Source of the DNA: Bordetella parapertussis
GTDB taxonomy: Bacteria > Pseudomonadota > Gammaproteobacteria > Burkholderiales > Burkholderiaceae_B
Direction of reading: 5' to 3'
Assembly (NCBI GenBank): GCA_945897365.1
Contig: CAMDFD010000008.1
Location: 1 to 32,000, forward strand
DNA length: 32,000 bases
The translations under genes and the position numbers were made by a program. The notes below the pieces were generated by a model, which was given only the letters and a program-made list of their open reading frames with translations, was not told the origin of the DNA and ran no database searches. Below are positions 22,230 to 32,000 of this stretch, piece by piece (the stretch's first letter is position 1; each line of letters opens with the position of its first letter).

Positions 22230-23044
22230 TGCAGACCGGTCAATCCCTTTTGCAGTTGTGCGGTTTGCCTCGGCTAGAGGGTCGTATGCTGCTTGAGTTT
22301 GTTTTGCAAAAACCCCGTGAGTGGCTGCTTGCGCATGATACAGACCCACTCACCCCTGAAATGTCGGCACAGTTTTTGACGCTTGCGGCCCAGCGACGGC
22401 AAGGCGTCCCCATGGCGCATTTGATCGGTTGGCGGGAGTTTATGGGGCATCGTTTTGAGGTCAACGCCGCGGTGTTGATCCCACGTCCTGAAACTGAACT
22501 CTTGGTTGAGGTGGCTTTGGCCTCCTTGGGTGGATTATCGACGCCTGCCGTGCTTGATATGGGCACCGGGAGCGGCATTGTGGCGATCACTTTGGCACTT
22601 GCCCGTACGGATGCTTTTGTCACCGCGACAGATGTCAGTGTGGAGGCTTTGGTTGTGGCACAGCGCAATGCTCAGGCACTGAGCGCACGAGTTCAATGGT
22701 GGCAAGGGAGCTGGTTTGAGGCCTTGCCGCAGGAGGCAAGATTCAACGTGATTGTGTCTAATCCCCCATATATTGCCGCCAACGACGATCATTTACTGCG
22801 AGGCGACTTGAGGTTTGAGCCTGTCCAGGCGCTCACGGATGGCCGAGACGGTTTATCCGCACTTGAAATGATCATTCGTGGGGCGGGTCGTCGACTTTTT
22901 TCAGGCGCTAGCCTCTGGCTCGAACATGGTTATGACCAGGCTGAGGCCGTGGCCCAGTTACTGACGCAGGCCGGATTTAAAACGGTGCAAACACACGCCG
23001 ATTTGGCGAATTTGCCCCGTGTGACCGGTGGCGTGTGGGCATAA
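22229..23044 (+). CDS. prmC: Release-factor glutamine N5-methyltransferase
   Basis: It has the SAM-binding DMGTGSG and the NPPY motif (VSNPPYI). Its start overlaps the prfA stop (TGATG). Confidence 0.9.
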   Translation: MQTGQSLLQLCGLPRLEGRMLLEFVLQKPREWLLAHDTDPLTPEMSAQFLTLAAQRRQGVPMAHLIGWREFMGHRFEVNAAVLIPRPETELLVEVALASLGGLSTPAVLDMGTGSGIVAITLALARTDAFVTATDVSVEALVVAQRNAQALSARVQWWQGSWFEALPQEARFNVIVSNPPYIAANDDHLLRGDLRFEPVQALTDGRDGLSALEMIIRGAGRRLFSGASLWLEHGYDQAEAVAQLLTQAGFKTVQTHADLANLPRVTGGVWA

Positions 23045-23123
23045 GGATTTATCGCCACTCTGCCTCTTATAATATTGTTTTAGTGGTTATTCCCACCTCT
23101 ATTTTTTATCGATCAGGACCATC

Positions 23124-23450
23124 ATGAGCGACGTTCAGCAATTTATCCGTGACACTGTCACAAACAATCCAGTTGTATTGTTTATGAAAGGCACAGCGCA
23201 GTTTCCGCAGTGCGGTTTTTCTGGCCGTGCGATTGAAATTCTCAAAAGCAACGGCGTGACCAAGCTGGTGACTGTCAATGTGCTCGAGGACGAAGAAGTC
23301 CGCAGCGGCATCAAGACCTTTTCGCAGTGGCCAACCGTCCCTCAGTTGTATGTCGGCGGCGAGTTTATCGGCGGCTCAGACATCATGGGCGAGATGAACG
23401 CCAGCGGCGAACTCAAGACCGCCCTGGATCAGGCTGGCGCCACCACATAA
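23124..23450 (+). CDS. grxD: Monothiol glutaredoxin (Grx4 family)
   Basis: It has the CGFS active site in PVVLFMKGTAQFPQCGFS and the WPT.PQLY..GEFIGG motif. Confidence 0.92.
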   Translation: MSDVQQFIRDTVTNNPVVLFMKGTAQFPQCGFSGRAIEILKSNGVTKLVTVNVLEDEEVRSGIKTFSQWPTVPQLYVGGEFIGGSDIMGEMNASGELKTALDQAGATT

Positions 23451-23479
23451 TCTTACGTCGAAGGGGACCCGTCGGCGGG

Positions 23480-24373
23480 TCAGTGGGATGACGGGAGCTC
23501 GACTCTCCGTATCGTTGTTTCCGAAGATTCGAGAGGCGCCGGATCAAAAGCGGTATCACCCAGTGGATTCGCTTTCCCGTTAGGTCTCAATCCCACAAAA
23601 TCAAACAACTGTGGGTCCATCAAGTGAGACGGCGTCACGTTGGCTAAGGCTTTAAAAATATTCCAGGCACGCCCGGGATATTTTTTATCCCACTCCTGCA
23701 GCATGCGCGTGACTTCTTTACGCTTCAGATTTTCTTGGGAGCCGCACAAGTCACAGGGGATGATGGGAAACTGTTTCCACTCTGCATATTCGATCAAATC
23801 TGTCTCGGGCACGTAGGCGAGGGGCCGAATGACGGTGTGTCGACCATCATCTGAGACAAGCTTGGGTGGCATGGCCTTGAGTTTTGCGCCATAAAACATA
23901 TTCAGAAAAAAAGTACCGAGAATGTCATCGCGGTGATGACCCAGCGCGATCTTGGTTGCGCCAAGCTCAGTGGCCACGCGATACAAATTACCGCGCCTCA
24001 GTCGAGAGCATAATGAACAGGTTGTTTTACCCTCGGGGATCAGTCGCTTGACGATCGAGTAGGTGTCGCGTGTTTCGATGTGAAACGGCACGCCGACTTG
24101 GGTCAAATGTGCAGGCAAAACGTCGGTGGGAAAGCCCGGCTGCATCTGATCGAGGTTAACGGCAACGATTTCAAAATCAATCGGCGCACGACTGCGCAAG
24201 GTCATCAAAATATCGAGCATGCTGTAGGAGTCTTTGCCTCCGGAGACACAGACCATCACACGATCGCCGGCTTCGATCATATTAAAGTCAGCAATCGCTC
24301 GACCCGTTTCGCGCATGAGTCGCTTTGAAAGTTTGTTTTGTTCGAGGCGCAGTCGCTCGAGGTCAGCCTGCAT
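23480..24373 (-). CDS. ttcA: tRNA 2-thiocytidine(32) synthetase
   Basis: It has the PP-loop SGGKDS and the [10 protein letters not shown] and CDLCGSQ cysteine motifs. The ATG at 24373 is preferred over the TTG at 24379. Confidence 0.92.
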   Translation of the reverse strand: MQADLERLRLEQNKLSKRLMRETGRAIADFNMIEAGDRVMVCVSGGKDSYSMLDILMTLRSRAPIDFEIVAVNLDQMQPGFPTDVLPAHLTQVGVPFHIETRDTYSIVKRLIPEGKTTCSLCSRLRRGNLYRVATELGATKIALGHHRDDILGTFFLNMFYGAKLKAMPPKLVSDDGRHTVIRPLAYVPETDLIEYAEWKQFPIIPCDLCGSQENLKRKEVTRMLQEWDKKYPGRAWNIFKALANVTPSHLMDPQLFDFVGLRPNGKANPLGDTAFDPAPLESSETTIRRVELPSSH

Positions 24374-24375
24374 GA

Positions 24376-25476
24376 TCAATAGCCCTGCTGTTTGAGGTGA
24401 CGCGTCACGGTCTCACGGTCACCTGAAAAAATAATCCGAGAGGCTTTGCCAGCTCGTTGATGTTCGTACATTGGATCGTAATATTCGGTGAGTAAGGGTC
24501 GAATCCAATCGCGGTGAACATCAAGCGTACCTGTGGACTTTTGCGAAGCGAGCGCCTCAAGCATGCGTTGATTCAGGCGGGCATGACGTTCACCCCCTAG
24601 ACGTTTGTAGAGATTTTGCAGGCTTTCCAAAAGCCGTGCTGAAAAAGCTTCAAATCCAGCCTCTGCACCCAGTTTGCGCGCAAACTGCCCACCGAGGTCC
24701 TCGACATAGTCATGCAAAATACGTTCGACGCGAGACTCTGTGGGCTCCTCAACCCAAATCACAGGGCTGAGCTGCATAATGTCACGCAAGGGGATGGGAA
24801 GAGCACATTTGCCAATGAGCCTTGATTCATCTTCAAGGGCGATATTGAATTTGCCTGCGGCATGCAGGCGCATAAACACAATCGCCAAACTATTGTCGAA
24901 ATCGATCTGTACAGGCTGATCGGTGGCGTGTTTGCCAAAACTTGAGCCTCGATGGTGGGCAAGTTTTTCTAAATCGATCGCGGATGTCAGTTGTTGGATG
25001 ACTTCGGTTTTGCCACAACCTGTAAATCCTGCGATCAGAACAAACTTGGATGAGTTAATCGACTGCGCAAGTTTTTCAATGAGAAAACTACGCATGGCCT
25101 TGTAGCCGCCGATGATACGAGGGTAGGGCAAGCCCGCATCAGCAAGCCATTGTTGTGAGATACGGGAGCGCAGGCCGCCTCGAAAGCAATACAAATAGCC
25201 CTCGGGATGTTCTTGTGCGAATCGTACCCATTGCGCGACGCGTTGTTCTTTGGTGTCGCCAGAAACTAGCGTATGGCCAAGAACGATGGCTGCGTCTTGA
25301 CCCGCTTCTTTGTAATGCAAGCCCACGCGATGACGTTCTTCGTCAGTCATCAAAGGCAGATTCACAGCGCTTGGAAAAGCACCTTGGGCAAATTCGATGG
25401 GTGCCCGTACATCCAATAAAGCTACACCTCGCAAGAGAACTGAAGAGAAATCTTCAGTGTCCGGTCGTGCGCTCAT
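24376..25476 (-). CDS. selU: tRNA 2-selenouridine / geranyl-2-thiouridine synthase
   Basis: It has an N-terminal rhodanese domain with CFRGGLRS and the P-loop GFTGCGKT. It is 366 aa long. Confidence 0.88.
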   Translation of the reverse strand: MSARPDTEDFSSVLLRGVALLDVRAPIEFAQGAFPSAVNLPLMTDEERHRVGLHYKEAGQDAAIVLGHTLVSGDTKEQRVAQWVRFAQEHPEGYLYCFRGGLRSRISQQWLADAGLPYPRIIGGYKAMRSFLIEKLAQSINSSKFVLIAGFTGCGKTEVIQQLTSAIDLEKLAHHRGSSFGKHATDQPVQIDFDNSLAIVFMRLHAAGKFNIALEDESRLIGKCALPIPLRDIMQLSPVIWVEEPTESRVERILHDYVEDLGGQFARKLGAEAGFEAFSARLLESLQNLYKRLGGERHARLNQRMLEALASQKSTGTLDVHRDWIRPLLTEYYDPMYEHQRAGKASRIIFSGDRETVTRHLKQQGY

Positions 25477-27263
25477 GACGGTTTCGCCTCAATAAGATGA
25501 CATTCCGCCGGGGGCGGAGAGGCAAGCGTCAGCGCAAAGCAGCGCAACTCGTCACGCCTAAAAATATGGACTTGGATTTTTTGACCAGGTTGGTAACTCG
25601 CCAAGAGCGTGTCTAAAGTGTTCGCTCCGGCATCGACCCGAACCCCATCAACGGCGACGAGAATGTCATGGGCTGAGATCCCAGCCTGGTGTGCTGCGCC
25701 CCCTTCGATTACCGCAGTGATGACGAGCTGTTCCCCCTGTTTGCGTGTGCGAATATCTAGCGTGGGTCGCGTAGGGGCAGCTTTCCACTCCAGGCGAATA
25801 CCTTGCGTGGCAAGCAGTTCTTTAAGGGGGAGGTCTTGGCTGCTGTAGGCCCAGCGATTGATGTCGTCCAAAACATCCACACCAGTCGCCTCGCGCACCA
25901 GTTGTGGAAAACCTTTCTCAGAAAGTCCGATTGGATTGCCCTGGTAGAAGTCGCGTCCGTAACGTTCCCATAGCAAACGCATCACATCATCGAGGCTTCG
26001 CTGCTGGTTGGTAGCTTGCCGAATCGTGAGGTCGAGTGCAAGTGCGACCAGGGAGCCCTTGGTGTAGTAGCTAATGATCGCATTGGGGGCATTTTCATCT
26101 TGCTTGTAATAACGCGTCCAGGCATCAAAAGAACTCTCCGCGACGGATTGCTTATGACGACCAGGCGTGCTTTGGACAGAAGCAATTTGTTTGCCGAGTG
26201 TTTTCAAATAAGTTGGCTGACCAATCACGCCGCTGCGTAGCAAAAACAAATCGTCGTAATAGGAGGTAAATCCTTCAAAGATCCACAGCAAGCGCGTGTG
26301 GCTTTCTGACGATAGTTTGTAGGGCGCGAAAGTGGCGGGCTTGATGCGTTTGACATGCCAGGTATGAAAATACTCATGACTCACTAAGCCTAAAAAGGTT
26401 TGATAGCCTTCAGGTGTTTTGTCTTGTCCGAGCGTGGGCAGGTCTTTGCGTGAAGCCATCAGGGCAGTCGATGCGCGGTGTTCTAGACCACCATAGGCAT
26501 CACCCGTGACCATGGTCATGAATACGTACTTAGTCGCGCTATCGAGAAATGGCACGCGCGCAGTATCGGGTTCAAAAAAACGAATTTGCGCTTCACAGAT
26601 TTTTTTAACGTCGTGGGCAATACGTTTTAAATCGAGATTGGGAATGAGGCCAGTAAACACCATTTCGTGTTGGGCCCCGCAGGCATCAAAGTTGATGACC
26701 TGTGGGCGACCCATTTCGATAGGGTGATCGATCAGCGCATCGTAATTTTCTGCGATGTAAGTACCAAAGCCATTGCGCCCCTTTGTTGCGTTGCCGCGTG
26801 TGTATTGAGGCATGCTGGTAAAAACACGCCAGCTCACAGGATTGGGTGGTGGGAGTAACGTCAGGCGGCATGGGTGCTCTTGCTGACCTTGTACCTCCAG
26901 AAAAACGCTGGTGCCATTGAGGAAGCAGTGCGTTTCGTCGAGATGCGCGCCTCGTACGGATAATTCCCATGCGTAAATCACGGTGGTAATGGTCAGTGGA
27001 CCTGCACAAGGAGCGACGCGCCAGCGATGATTATCTAACTTGGTAAGCGTGACGGACTGCTTGCCCGAACGCGCTGAAATGTGTTCGATGTGACGTGAAA
27101 AGTCTCGTATCAGATAACTGCCAGGTATCCAGGCAGGCAGGGAGACGATTTGCCCTTTTGGGTCCGGTTCTGCGATGCGCACCGTCGCCCGCAGCCGATG
27201 TCCGGACAAATCAAGGGGCTCGAGGCTGTAAAGTAGAGGTTTGCGGTTAGATTGTCGATTCAT
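25473..27263 (-). CDS. M61 family (glycyl aminopeptidase-like) metallopeptidase with a C-terminal PDZ domain
   Basis: It has [11 protein letters not shown] (HExxH) and EGFTSYY, with a PDZ-like C-terminus ([20 protein letters not shown]). A 4-nt overlap joins it to the selU start. Confidence 0.85.
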   Translation of the reverse strand: MNRQSNRKPLLYSLEPLDLSGHRLRATVRIAEPDPKGQIVSLPAWIPGSYLIRDFSRHIEHISARSGKQSVTLTKLDNHRWRVAPCAGPLTITTVIYAWELSVRGAHLDETHCFLNGTSVFLEVQGQQEHPCRLTLLPPPNPVSWRVFTSMPQYTRGNATKGRNGFGTYIAENYDALIDHPIEMGRPQVINFDACGAQHEMVFTGLIPNLDLKRIAHDVKKICEAQIRFFEPDTARVPFLDSATKYVFMTMVTGDAYGGLEHRASTALMASRKDLPTLGQDKTPEGYQTFLGLVSHEYFHTWHVKRIKPATFAPYKLSSESHTRLLWIFEGFTSYYDDLFLLRSGVIGQPTYLKTLGKQIASVQSTPGRHKQSVAESSFDAWTRYYKQDENAPNAIISYYTKGSLVALALDLTIRQATNQQRSLDDVMRLLWERYGRDFYQGNPIGLSEKGFPQLVREATGVDVLDDINRWAYSSQDLPLKELLATQGIRLEWKAAPTRPTLDIRTRKQGEQLVITAVIEGGAAHQAGISAHDILVAVDGVRVDAGANTLDTLLASYQPGQKIQVHIFRRDELRCFALTLASPPPAECHLIEAKPS

Positions 27264-27300
27264 AGCCTCTATCTTATTTCACATTTTCACGGAGACATCC

Positions 27301-28077
27301 ATGAGCGAAAATTTTGTGTTGGTCGAAACGCGCGGTCGTGTCGGTCTTTTGACGTTAAATCGCCCCAAGGCGTTGAATGCCCTCAATGATCAGCTGATGG
27401 ATCAACTGGGTGCAGCTTTAGTGGCTTTTGATGCGAATGATGACATCGGCTGCGTAGTCATCACAGGGAGTGAAAAAGCATTTGCTGCAGGTGCGGACAT
27501 TGGTGCGATGAAAGACTGGTCCTATATGGATGTTTACCGCACTGAATACATCACTCGCAACTGGGAAACCTTGCGCACTATCCGTAAACCCGTGATTGCT
27601 GCGGTGGCTGGCTATGCGTTGGGTGGAGGGTGCGAGCTTGCCATGATGTGTGACTTTATTTTGGCCGCTGACTCGGCAAAGTTTGGCCAGCCTGAAATCA
27701 AGTTGGGCGTGATTCCTGGAGCCGGCGGCACGCAGCGCCTGCCCCGTGCCGTGGGTAAAGCGAAAGCGATGGAAATGGTCTTGACAGGCAGAATGATGGA
27801 TGCTGCCGAAGCAGAGCGCGCTGGCTTGGTTTCACGCGTGGTGCCTGCTGAGCGACTTTTGGAGGAGGCGATCGAGACAGCCACTGTGATCGCTGGGATG
27901 TCGATTCCAACAGCCATCATGGCAAAAGAGTCTGTGAATCGGGCTTTTGAGTCGTCCTTGCACGAAGGAATATTGTTTGAGCGCCGTGTTTTTCACTCGT
28001 GTTTTGCAACGGAAGATCAAAAAGAAGGCATGTCTGCATTTGTGGAAAAAAGAAAGCCCATCTTTAAAAATAAGTAA
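27301..28077 (+). CDS. Enoyl-CoA hydratase (crotonase family, 258 aa)
   Basis: It has [24 protein letters not shown] and [15 protein letters not shown]. The ATG at 27301 has GGAGA upstream; the track's start at 27241 would overlap the divergent gene. Confidence 0.9.
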   Translation: MSENFVLVETRGRVGLLTLNRPKALNALNDQLMDQLGAALVAFDANDDIGCVVITGSEKAFAAGADIGAMKDWSYMDVYRTEYITRNWETLRTIRKPVIAAVAGYALGGGCELAMMCDFILAADSAKFGQPEIKLGVIPGAGGTQRLPRAVGKAKAMEMVLTGRMMDAAEAERAGLVSRVVPAERLLEEAIETATVIAGMSIPTAIMAKESVNRAFESSLHEGILFERRVFHSCFATEDQKEGMSAFVEKRKPIFKNK

Positions 28078-28187
28078 TTCTTAATATTTAAGGAAAAAGT
28101 AAGCTTGTTTAGGGGTTTTGCACCAAAAAAATGCATTTTGCACCAAAGAAAGGCATAAAAAGAGTTAAAAATCTGTGTGATTAGGGT

Positions 28188-28217
28188 TTGCATCAATGTC
28201 TAAAAAACAGTTATACT
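28188..28217 (+). promoter_or_regulatory. Candidate sigma-70 promoter of the atp operon
   Basis: TTGCAT (28188-28193) and TATACT (28212-28217) are separated by an 18-nt spacer, upstream of atpI. Confidence 0.35.
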
Positions 28218-28241
28218 CATTTGGTTTGCCGAAAACGGCAG

Positions 28242-28745
28242 ATGAATGACAAATTGCAGGTGTCACAAATGCAAATCCAAGCACCTGAGGCATCGGCGTC
28301 TGAGTTGATACCTGAGCCTGTTGTGTTGACTGAGGCCGATCTGGCTCAGATGAATGCACGAGCCCGCTTGGATCTCATGCAAGTTGTTTTTGCACAGCTT
28401 TTGATGTCGTTTGTCGTTGCTTTGTTGGCTTGGGTGATTGGCGGTTTAGATGCTGGTTGGTCTGCCTTGGCTGGTTCCGTGGCGTATTTTGTTCCGAATT
28501 TTTTGTTTGCTTTACGACTGTTTTTAGCGACGTTTCGTCCTGGTGGTTCAAGCGCCATTGTTTTTTTGGCGGGTGAGTTCCTCAAGGTGGGTGCTTCGGT
28601 CGGATTGCTGTGGTTGTTGGCACATGTAGGTGGTGAGCGGGTGGTGTGGTTGGCGGTGATCGCCGGTCTGGTCGCAGCGCTCAAAGGCTACGTGTTGGTG
28701 CTGATGTTCGGAAAGCGTGCTGTGCCACGCCCGACAAACAGTTAG
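28242..28745 (+). CDS. atpI: ATP synthase protein I
   Basis: It is a hydrophobic small protein immediately upstream of atpB. The start is uncertain (28242 or 28269; the track's start is 28188). Confidence 0.7.
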   Translation: MNDKLQVSQMQIQAPEASASELIPEPVVLTEADLAQMNARARLDLMQVVFAQLLMSFVVALLAWVIGGLDAGWSALAGSVAYFVPNFLFALRLFLATFRPGGSSAIVFLAGEFLKVGASVGLLWLLAHVGGERVVWLAVIAGLVAALKGYVLVLMFGKRAVPRPTNS

Positions 28746-28771
28746 TTTGACGAATTTTTTAGAGATCTCTC

Positions 28772-29653
28772 ATGGCTGCTGCAGCTGACGTATCGCCCCA
28801 GGCCGCATATATTCAGCACCACTTGGTGCACTTCAATAGCATTGGCGAAAAGCAATCTGCTATTGCCGACTTCAGCGTCCTTAACTTTGACTCGATGTTT
28901 TGGTCATTTTTAATGGGTCTCGTTGCCGTCGGTTTTATGTGGATGGCGGCTAGGCGCGTCACCTCCGGCGTTCCGGGTCGTTTTCAAGGTTTTGTGGAAA
29001 TGCTGGTCGACATGGTTGATCAGCAGGCGCGCAGTATTGTGCCTAGCGAAGAAACGCGTAAGTTTGTCGCACCTCTAGCGATGACCGTATTCCTCTGGAT
29101 CGTTCTGATGAATGCGCTCGATTTGATTCCAGTCGATCTCGCGCATTACGTATTTCATCTGATGGGGATCGGTTTAGCTGTTGATGATCCCCTGCACTAC
29201 CACCGCATTCTTCCAACGGCTGACTTAAATGTGCCGATGGGCATGTCAATGGGCGTGCTGTTGTTGATGCTTTATTACGGCCTCAAAATCAAAACACCTG
29301 GTGGCTTTGTCAAAGAACTGTTTACTGCACCTTTCCATGGTCATGGTTTCGCGGCGATTGTGTTGGCCCCAGCAAACTTCTTATTGAATTTGGTCGAGTA
29401 CGCCGCCAAATCAGTCTCTCTTGGTATGCGACTCTTCGGCAATATGTTTGCGGGCGAACTCGTGTTTATGTTGATCGCGTTGCTAGGCGGTGCATGGACA
29501 GGCTTCAATGCGATGAGCGTGGGTCTGGGCATCGGTCACATCCTTGCTGGTTCGATCTGGGCCATCTTCCATATTTTGATTGTTTTGTTGCAGGCCTTTA
29601 TCTTCATGATGTTGACCCTGGTCTACATCGGACAAGCGCACGAAGGTCATTAA
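28772..29653 (+). CDS. atpB: F0F1 ATP synthase subunit a
   Basis: It has the conserved [13 protein letters not shown] motif with the essential Arg, is polytopic, and sits in the expected operon position. Confidence 0.95.
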   Translation: MAAAADVSPQAAYIQHHLVHFNSIGEKQSAIADFSVLNFDSMFWSFLMGLVAVGFMWMAARRVTSGVPGRFQGFVEMLVDMVDQQARSIVPSEETRKFVAPLAMTVFLWIVLMNALDLIPVDLAHYVFHLMGIGLAVDDPLHYHRILPTADLNVPMGMSMGVLLLMLYYGLKIKTPGGFVKELFTAPFHGHGFAAIVLAPANFLLNLVEYAAKSVSLGMRLFGNMFAGELVFMLIALLGGAWTGFNAMSVGLGIGHILAGSIWAIFHILIVLLQAFIFMMLTLVYIGQAHEGH

Positions 29654-29744
29654 ACGAGTAGTGGGTGCCTTGCCTTTGGCGAGGTCACTGTCAGGTTTTA
29701 CTTAGCGGTTTTGTAGTGCAAATTTTCGATATTTCAATTTTTGA

Positions 29745-30011
<267 letters not shown>

Positions 30012-30142
30012 ATCGACAGGATGCTCACAACCCTTTTGGGAGTGAGCGCACGTGCCAAGGGTGGGCTCTACCCCTGGCTTATTGATTCAGCCCGTTCTGG
30101 TAATGTTGCCAGAAGGGCACAAGATGTAATAGGGAAACGACC

Positions 30143-30613
30143 GTGAATCTGAACGCGACGATCTTTTTCCAGATGATCGTGTTCTTTGTCTTGGGTTGGG
30201 TCACGATGAAATTCGTGTGGCCACCTCTGACAAAGGCTATCGACGAGCGACGCCAGAAAATCGCTGAAGGCTTGGCTGCTGCCGAAAAAGGCAAAACAGA
30301 CCTCGCCCAAGCACAGGCGCGCATTGGTTCGATCGAGGCATCTGCGAAAGCTGAGCTGCACACCCGCATGATTGAAGCCGAAAAGCAAGGCACTCAAATT
30401 ATTGAGCAAGCCCGTGCAGAAGCTGAAACCGAACGCGCGCGCATTCTTGCGCAGGCCAAACAAGATGCTGCACAAGAAGTCCAGCGCGCACGTGACGCAT
30501 TGCGTAACGATGTTGCGAATCTCGCGGTGAAAGGTGCCGAGCAGATTCTCAAGCGCGAAGTGGATGCCCGCGCCCACGCCGAGTTGCTCACGCAACTTAA
30601 GGCGCAGCTTTAA
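30143..30613 (+). CDS. atpF: F0F1 ATP synthase subunit b
   Basis: The GTG start gives [17 protein letters not shown], a single TM helix, followed by a long charged helix. It sits in the expected operon position. Confidence 0.92.
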   Translation: MNLNATIFFQMIVFFVLGWVTMKFVWPPLTKAIDERRQKIAEGLAAAEKGKTDLAQAQARIGSIEASAKAELHTRMIEAEKQGTQIIEQARAEAETERARILAQAKQDAAQEVQRARDALRNDVANLAVKGAEQILKREVDARAHAELLTQLKAQL

Positions 30614-30627
30614 TCTCCGAGGTCGAC

Positions 30628-31167
30628 ATGGCAGAACTATCCACCGTTGCTCGTCCTTACGCTGAGGCACTTTTTGCTGTAGCGAGACAAGACGCTGCCG
30701 GATTGGCCGCTTGGGCTGATCAGGTCCAGCAGCTAGCTGATATCGCAGCGGTCGAAGACGTGCGTGTCGCAATGGCTGATCCGCGCCTAGAAGACGCGCA
30801 GCGTGCAAGCGTATTTTTGAGTCTGGTTAAGCCTGCAGCTTCTGCTTCGCTACAAAATTTTGTAACGTTATTGGTTGCAAACGACCGTCTCTCACTGTTA
30901 AGTCATATCGCAGAGCAGTTTCATGCTTTGCGCGACGAGGCTGAAGGTGTCGCACAGGCTGACATCACTAGCGCGTTTCCAATGACCGATCAGCAGGTTT
31001 CAGACCTTATTAAGCTGCTTGAGCCAAAGTTTGGTCTCAAGCTTAAGCCCCACGTGAACGTTGATGCCTCCCTGATTGGTGGCGTGCGTGTTCAAGTGGG
31101 TGACCACGTACTCGATACCTCCGTGCAAGCGCAGTTAGTCCGCATGCGCGACACGATGGCGGTTTAA
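30628..31167 (+). CDS. atpH: F0F1 ATP synthase subunit delta
   Basis: It starts with the OSCP-family sequence [10 protein letters not shown], is 179 aa long, and lies between atpF and atpA. Confidence 0.92.
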   Translation: MAELSTVARPYAEALFAVARQDAAGLAAWADQVQQLADIAAVEDVRVAMADPRLEDAQRASVFLSLVKPAASASLQNFVTLLVANDRLSLLSHIAEQFHALRDEAEGVAQADITSAFPMTDQQVSDLIKLLEPKFGLKLKPHVNVDASLIGGVRVQVGDHVLDTSVQAQLVRMRDTMAV

Positions 31168-31196
31168 CCCGCCCCAAAGATTCCAGGAGTCTGAAC

Positions 31197-32000
31197 ATGC
31201 AACTCAATCCGTCAGAGATTAGCGAACTACTCAAGAGCCGTATCGAAGGTCTGGGCACATCGTCCGATATTCGTACACAAGGCACGGTCGTTTCCGTGAC
31301 CGACGGCATCACCCGCATTCATGGTCTGTCAGACGTGATGCAGGGAGAAATGCTTGAGTTCCCCAACAACGTTTTTGGTCTTGCGCTGAACTTAGAGCGT
31401 GATTCTGTGGGCGCTGTTATTTTGGGTGATTACACAGGCGTTTCCGAAGGTGACGCAGTCAAGGCAACTGGCCGCATTCTCGAAGTGCCCGTTGGCCCAG
31501 AGCTGCTTGGTCGCGTAGTGAATGCTTTGGGTGTGCCGATCGACGGCAAAGGCCCAATTAATGCCAAAGAAACAGACGTCATTGAAAAAGTGGCGCCAGG
31601 CGTGATTGCACGTAAGTCCGTGTCACAGCCTATGCAGACTGGCTTAAAATCAATTGACTCCATGGTGCCAATCGGCCGTGGTCAGCGCGAACTGATCATT
31701 GGTGACCGTCAGACAGGTAAGACAGCTGTCGCGGTTGATGCCATCATTAACCAGAAAGGCAAGGGCGTAAAGTGCGTCTATGTCGCGATTGGTCAAAAGG
31801 CTTCGACTGTCAATAACGTGCTGCGTAAACTCGAAGAGTTTGGCGCGCTTGACTACACAATCATTGTGGCCGCTACTGCTTCTGATTCCGCTGCGATGCA
31901 GTATTTGTCAGCGTACTCTGGTTGCACGATGGGCGAATACTTCCGCGATCGTGGCGAAGACGCTTTGATTGTTTATGATGACTTGACCAAGCAAGCGATT
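31197..32000 (+). CDS. atpA: F0F1 ATP synthase subunit alpha, N-terminal 268 codons (runs off the window)
   Basis: It starts [18 protein letters not shown] and has the Walker A motif GDRQTGKT. It is not in the ORF track because it is open-ended. Confidence 0.95.
   Translation, partial: MQLNPSEISELLKSRIEGLGTSSDIRTQGTVVSVTDGITRIHGLSDVMQGEMLEFPNNVFGLALNLERDSVGAVILGDYTGVSEGDAVKATGRILEVPVGPELLGRVVNALGVPIDGKGPINAKETDVIEKVAPGVIARKSVSQPMQTGLKSIDSMVPIGRGQRELIIGDRQTGKTAVAVDAIINQKGKGVKCVYVAIGQKASTVNNVLRKLEEFGALDYTIIVAATASDSAAMQYLSAYSGCTMGEYFRDRGEDALIVYDDLTKQAI

Noticed and set aside
19341-22792. Many 60-140-aa ORFs lie antisense to, or out of frame within, the Bug gene, hemA, prfA and prmC (for example 20023-20343, 20631-20966, 21957-22349, 22240-22668).
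   Set aside because: They overlap confidently identified genes, have no ribosome-binding sites, and have Arg/Ser/Pro-rich compositions expected of GC-rich shadow frames.
28116-28147. A direct repeat TTTTGCACCAAA occurs twice, 20 bp apart, upstream of the atp promoter.
   Set aside because: It is short and AT-rich, and plausibly an UP-element-like or chance feature of a strong housekeeping promoter. Nothing marks it as unusual.
30068-30808. A 246-aa ORF lies on the minus strand.
   Set aside because: It is entirely antisense to atpF and atpH, which have clear family signatures. Its Arg/Leu-rich low-complexity translation is typical of shadow ORFs.

Overview
This 32-kb chromosomal window looks betaproteobacterial, probably Burkholderiales, judging by gene content: a Bug/TctC-type binding protein, hemA-prfA-prmC, grxD, ttcA-selU-M61 peptidase, an enoyl-CoA hydratase and atpIBEFHA. 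The right 13.4 kb (18561-32000) is ordinary, tightly packed housekeeping sequence. The left part is accessory and visibly more AT-rich. It holds (i) a partial gene for a highly repetitive exported beta-helix protein (1-2079, minus strand; absent from the ORF track because it runs off the window) and (ii) a ~16-kb stack of islands inserted at the 3' end of tRNA-Phe(GAA). The intact tRNA gene is at 18561-18636, with partial 3'-end copies at 17850, 16660 and 2400. The largest island (2448-16659) carries these elements: a 421-aa tyrosine integrase; a second short (191-aa, FimB/FimE-sized) tyrosine recombinase; a block of uncharacterised genes including a collar-less clamp-loader-like AAA+ ATPase; an inner 4.3-kb segment (Tat-exported phosphoesterase, 7TM histidine kinase, LuxR-type response regulator) bracketed by 48-bp direct repeats derived from a tRNA(CAU) 3' end; an integrase gene remnant; and a GNAT acetyltransferase. 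The most striking non-coding signal is a 20-bp lox-like palindrome (ATGTCC-TTTCAAAA-GGACAT). It occurs 5-6 times, always in the same orientation, directly abutting gene ends (both recombinase genes included), and it is absent from the core sequence. Two further families of GTAAC-centred palindromes and several phased short-repeat arrays also occur in the island. All functional calls rest on motif recognition by eye; no database search or computation was run.
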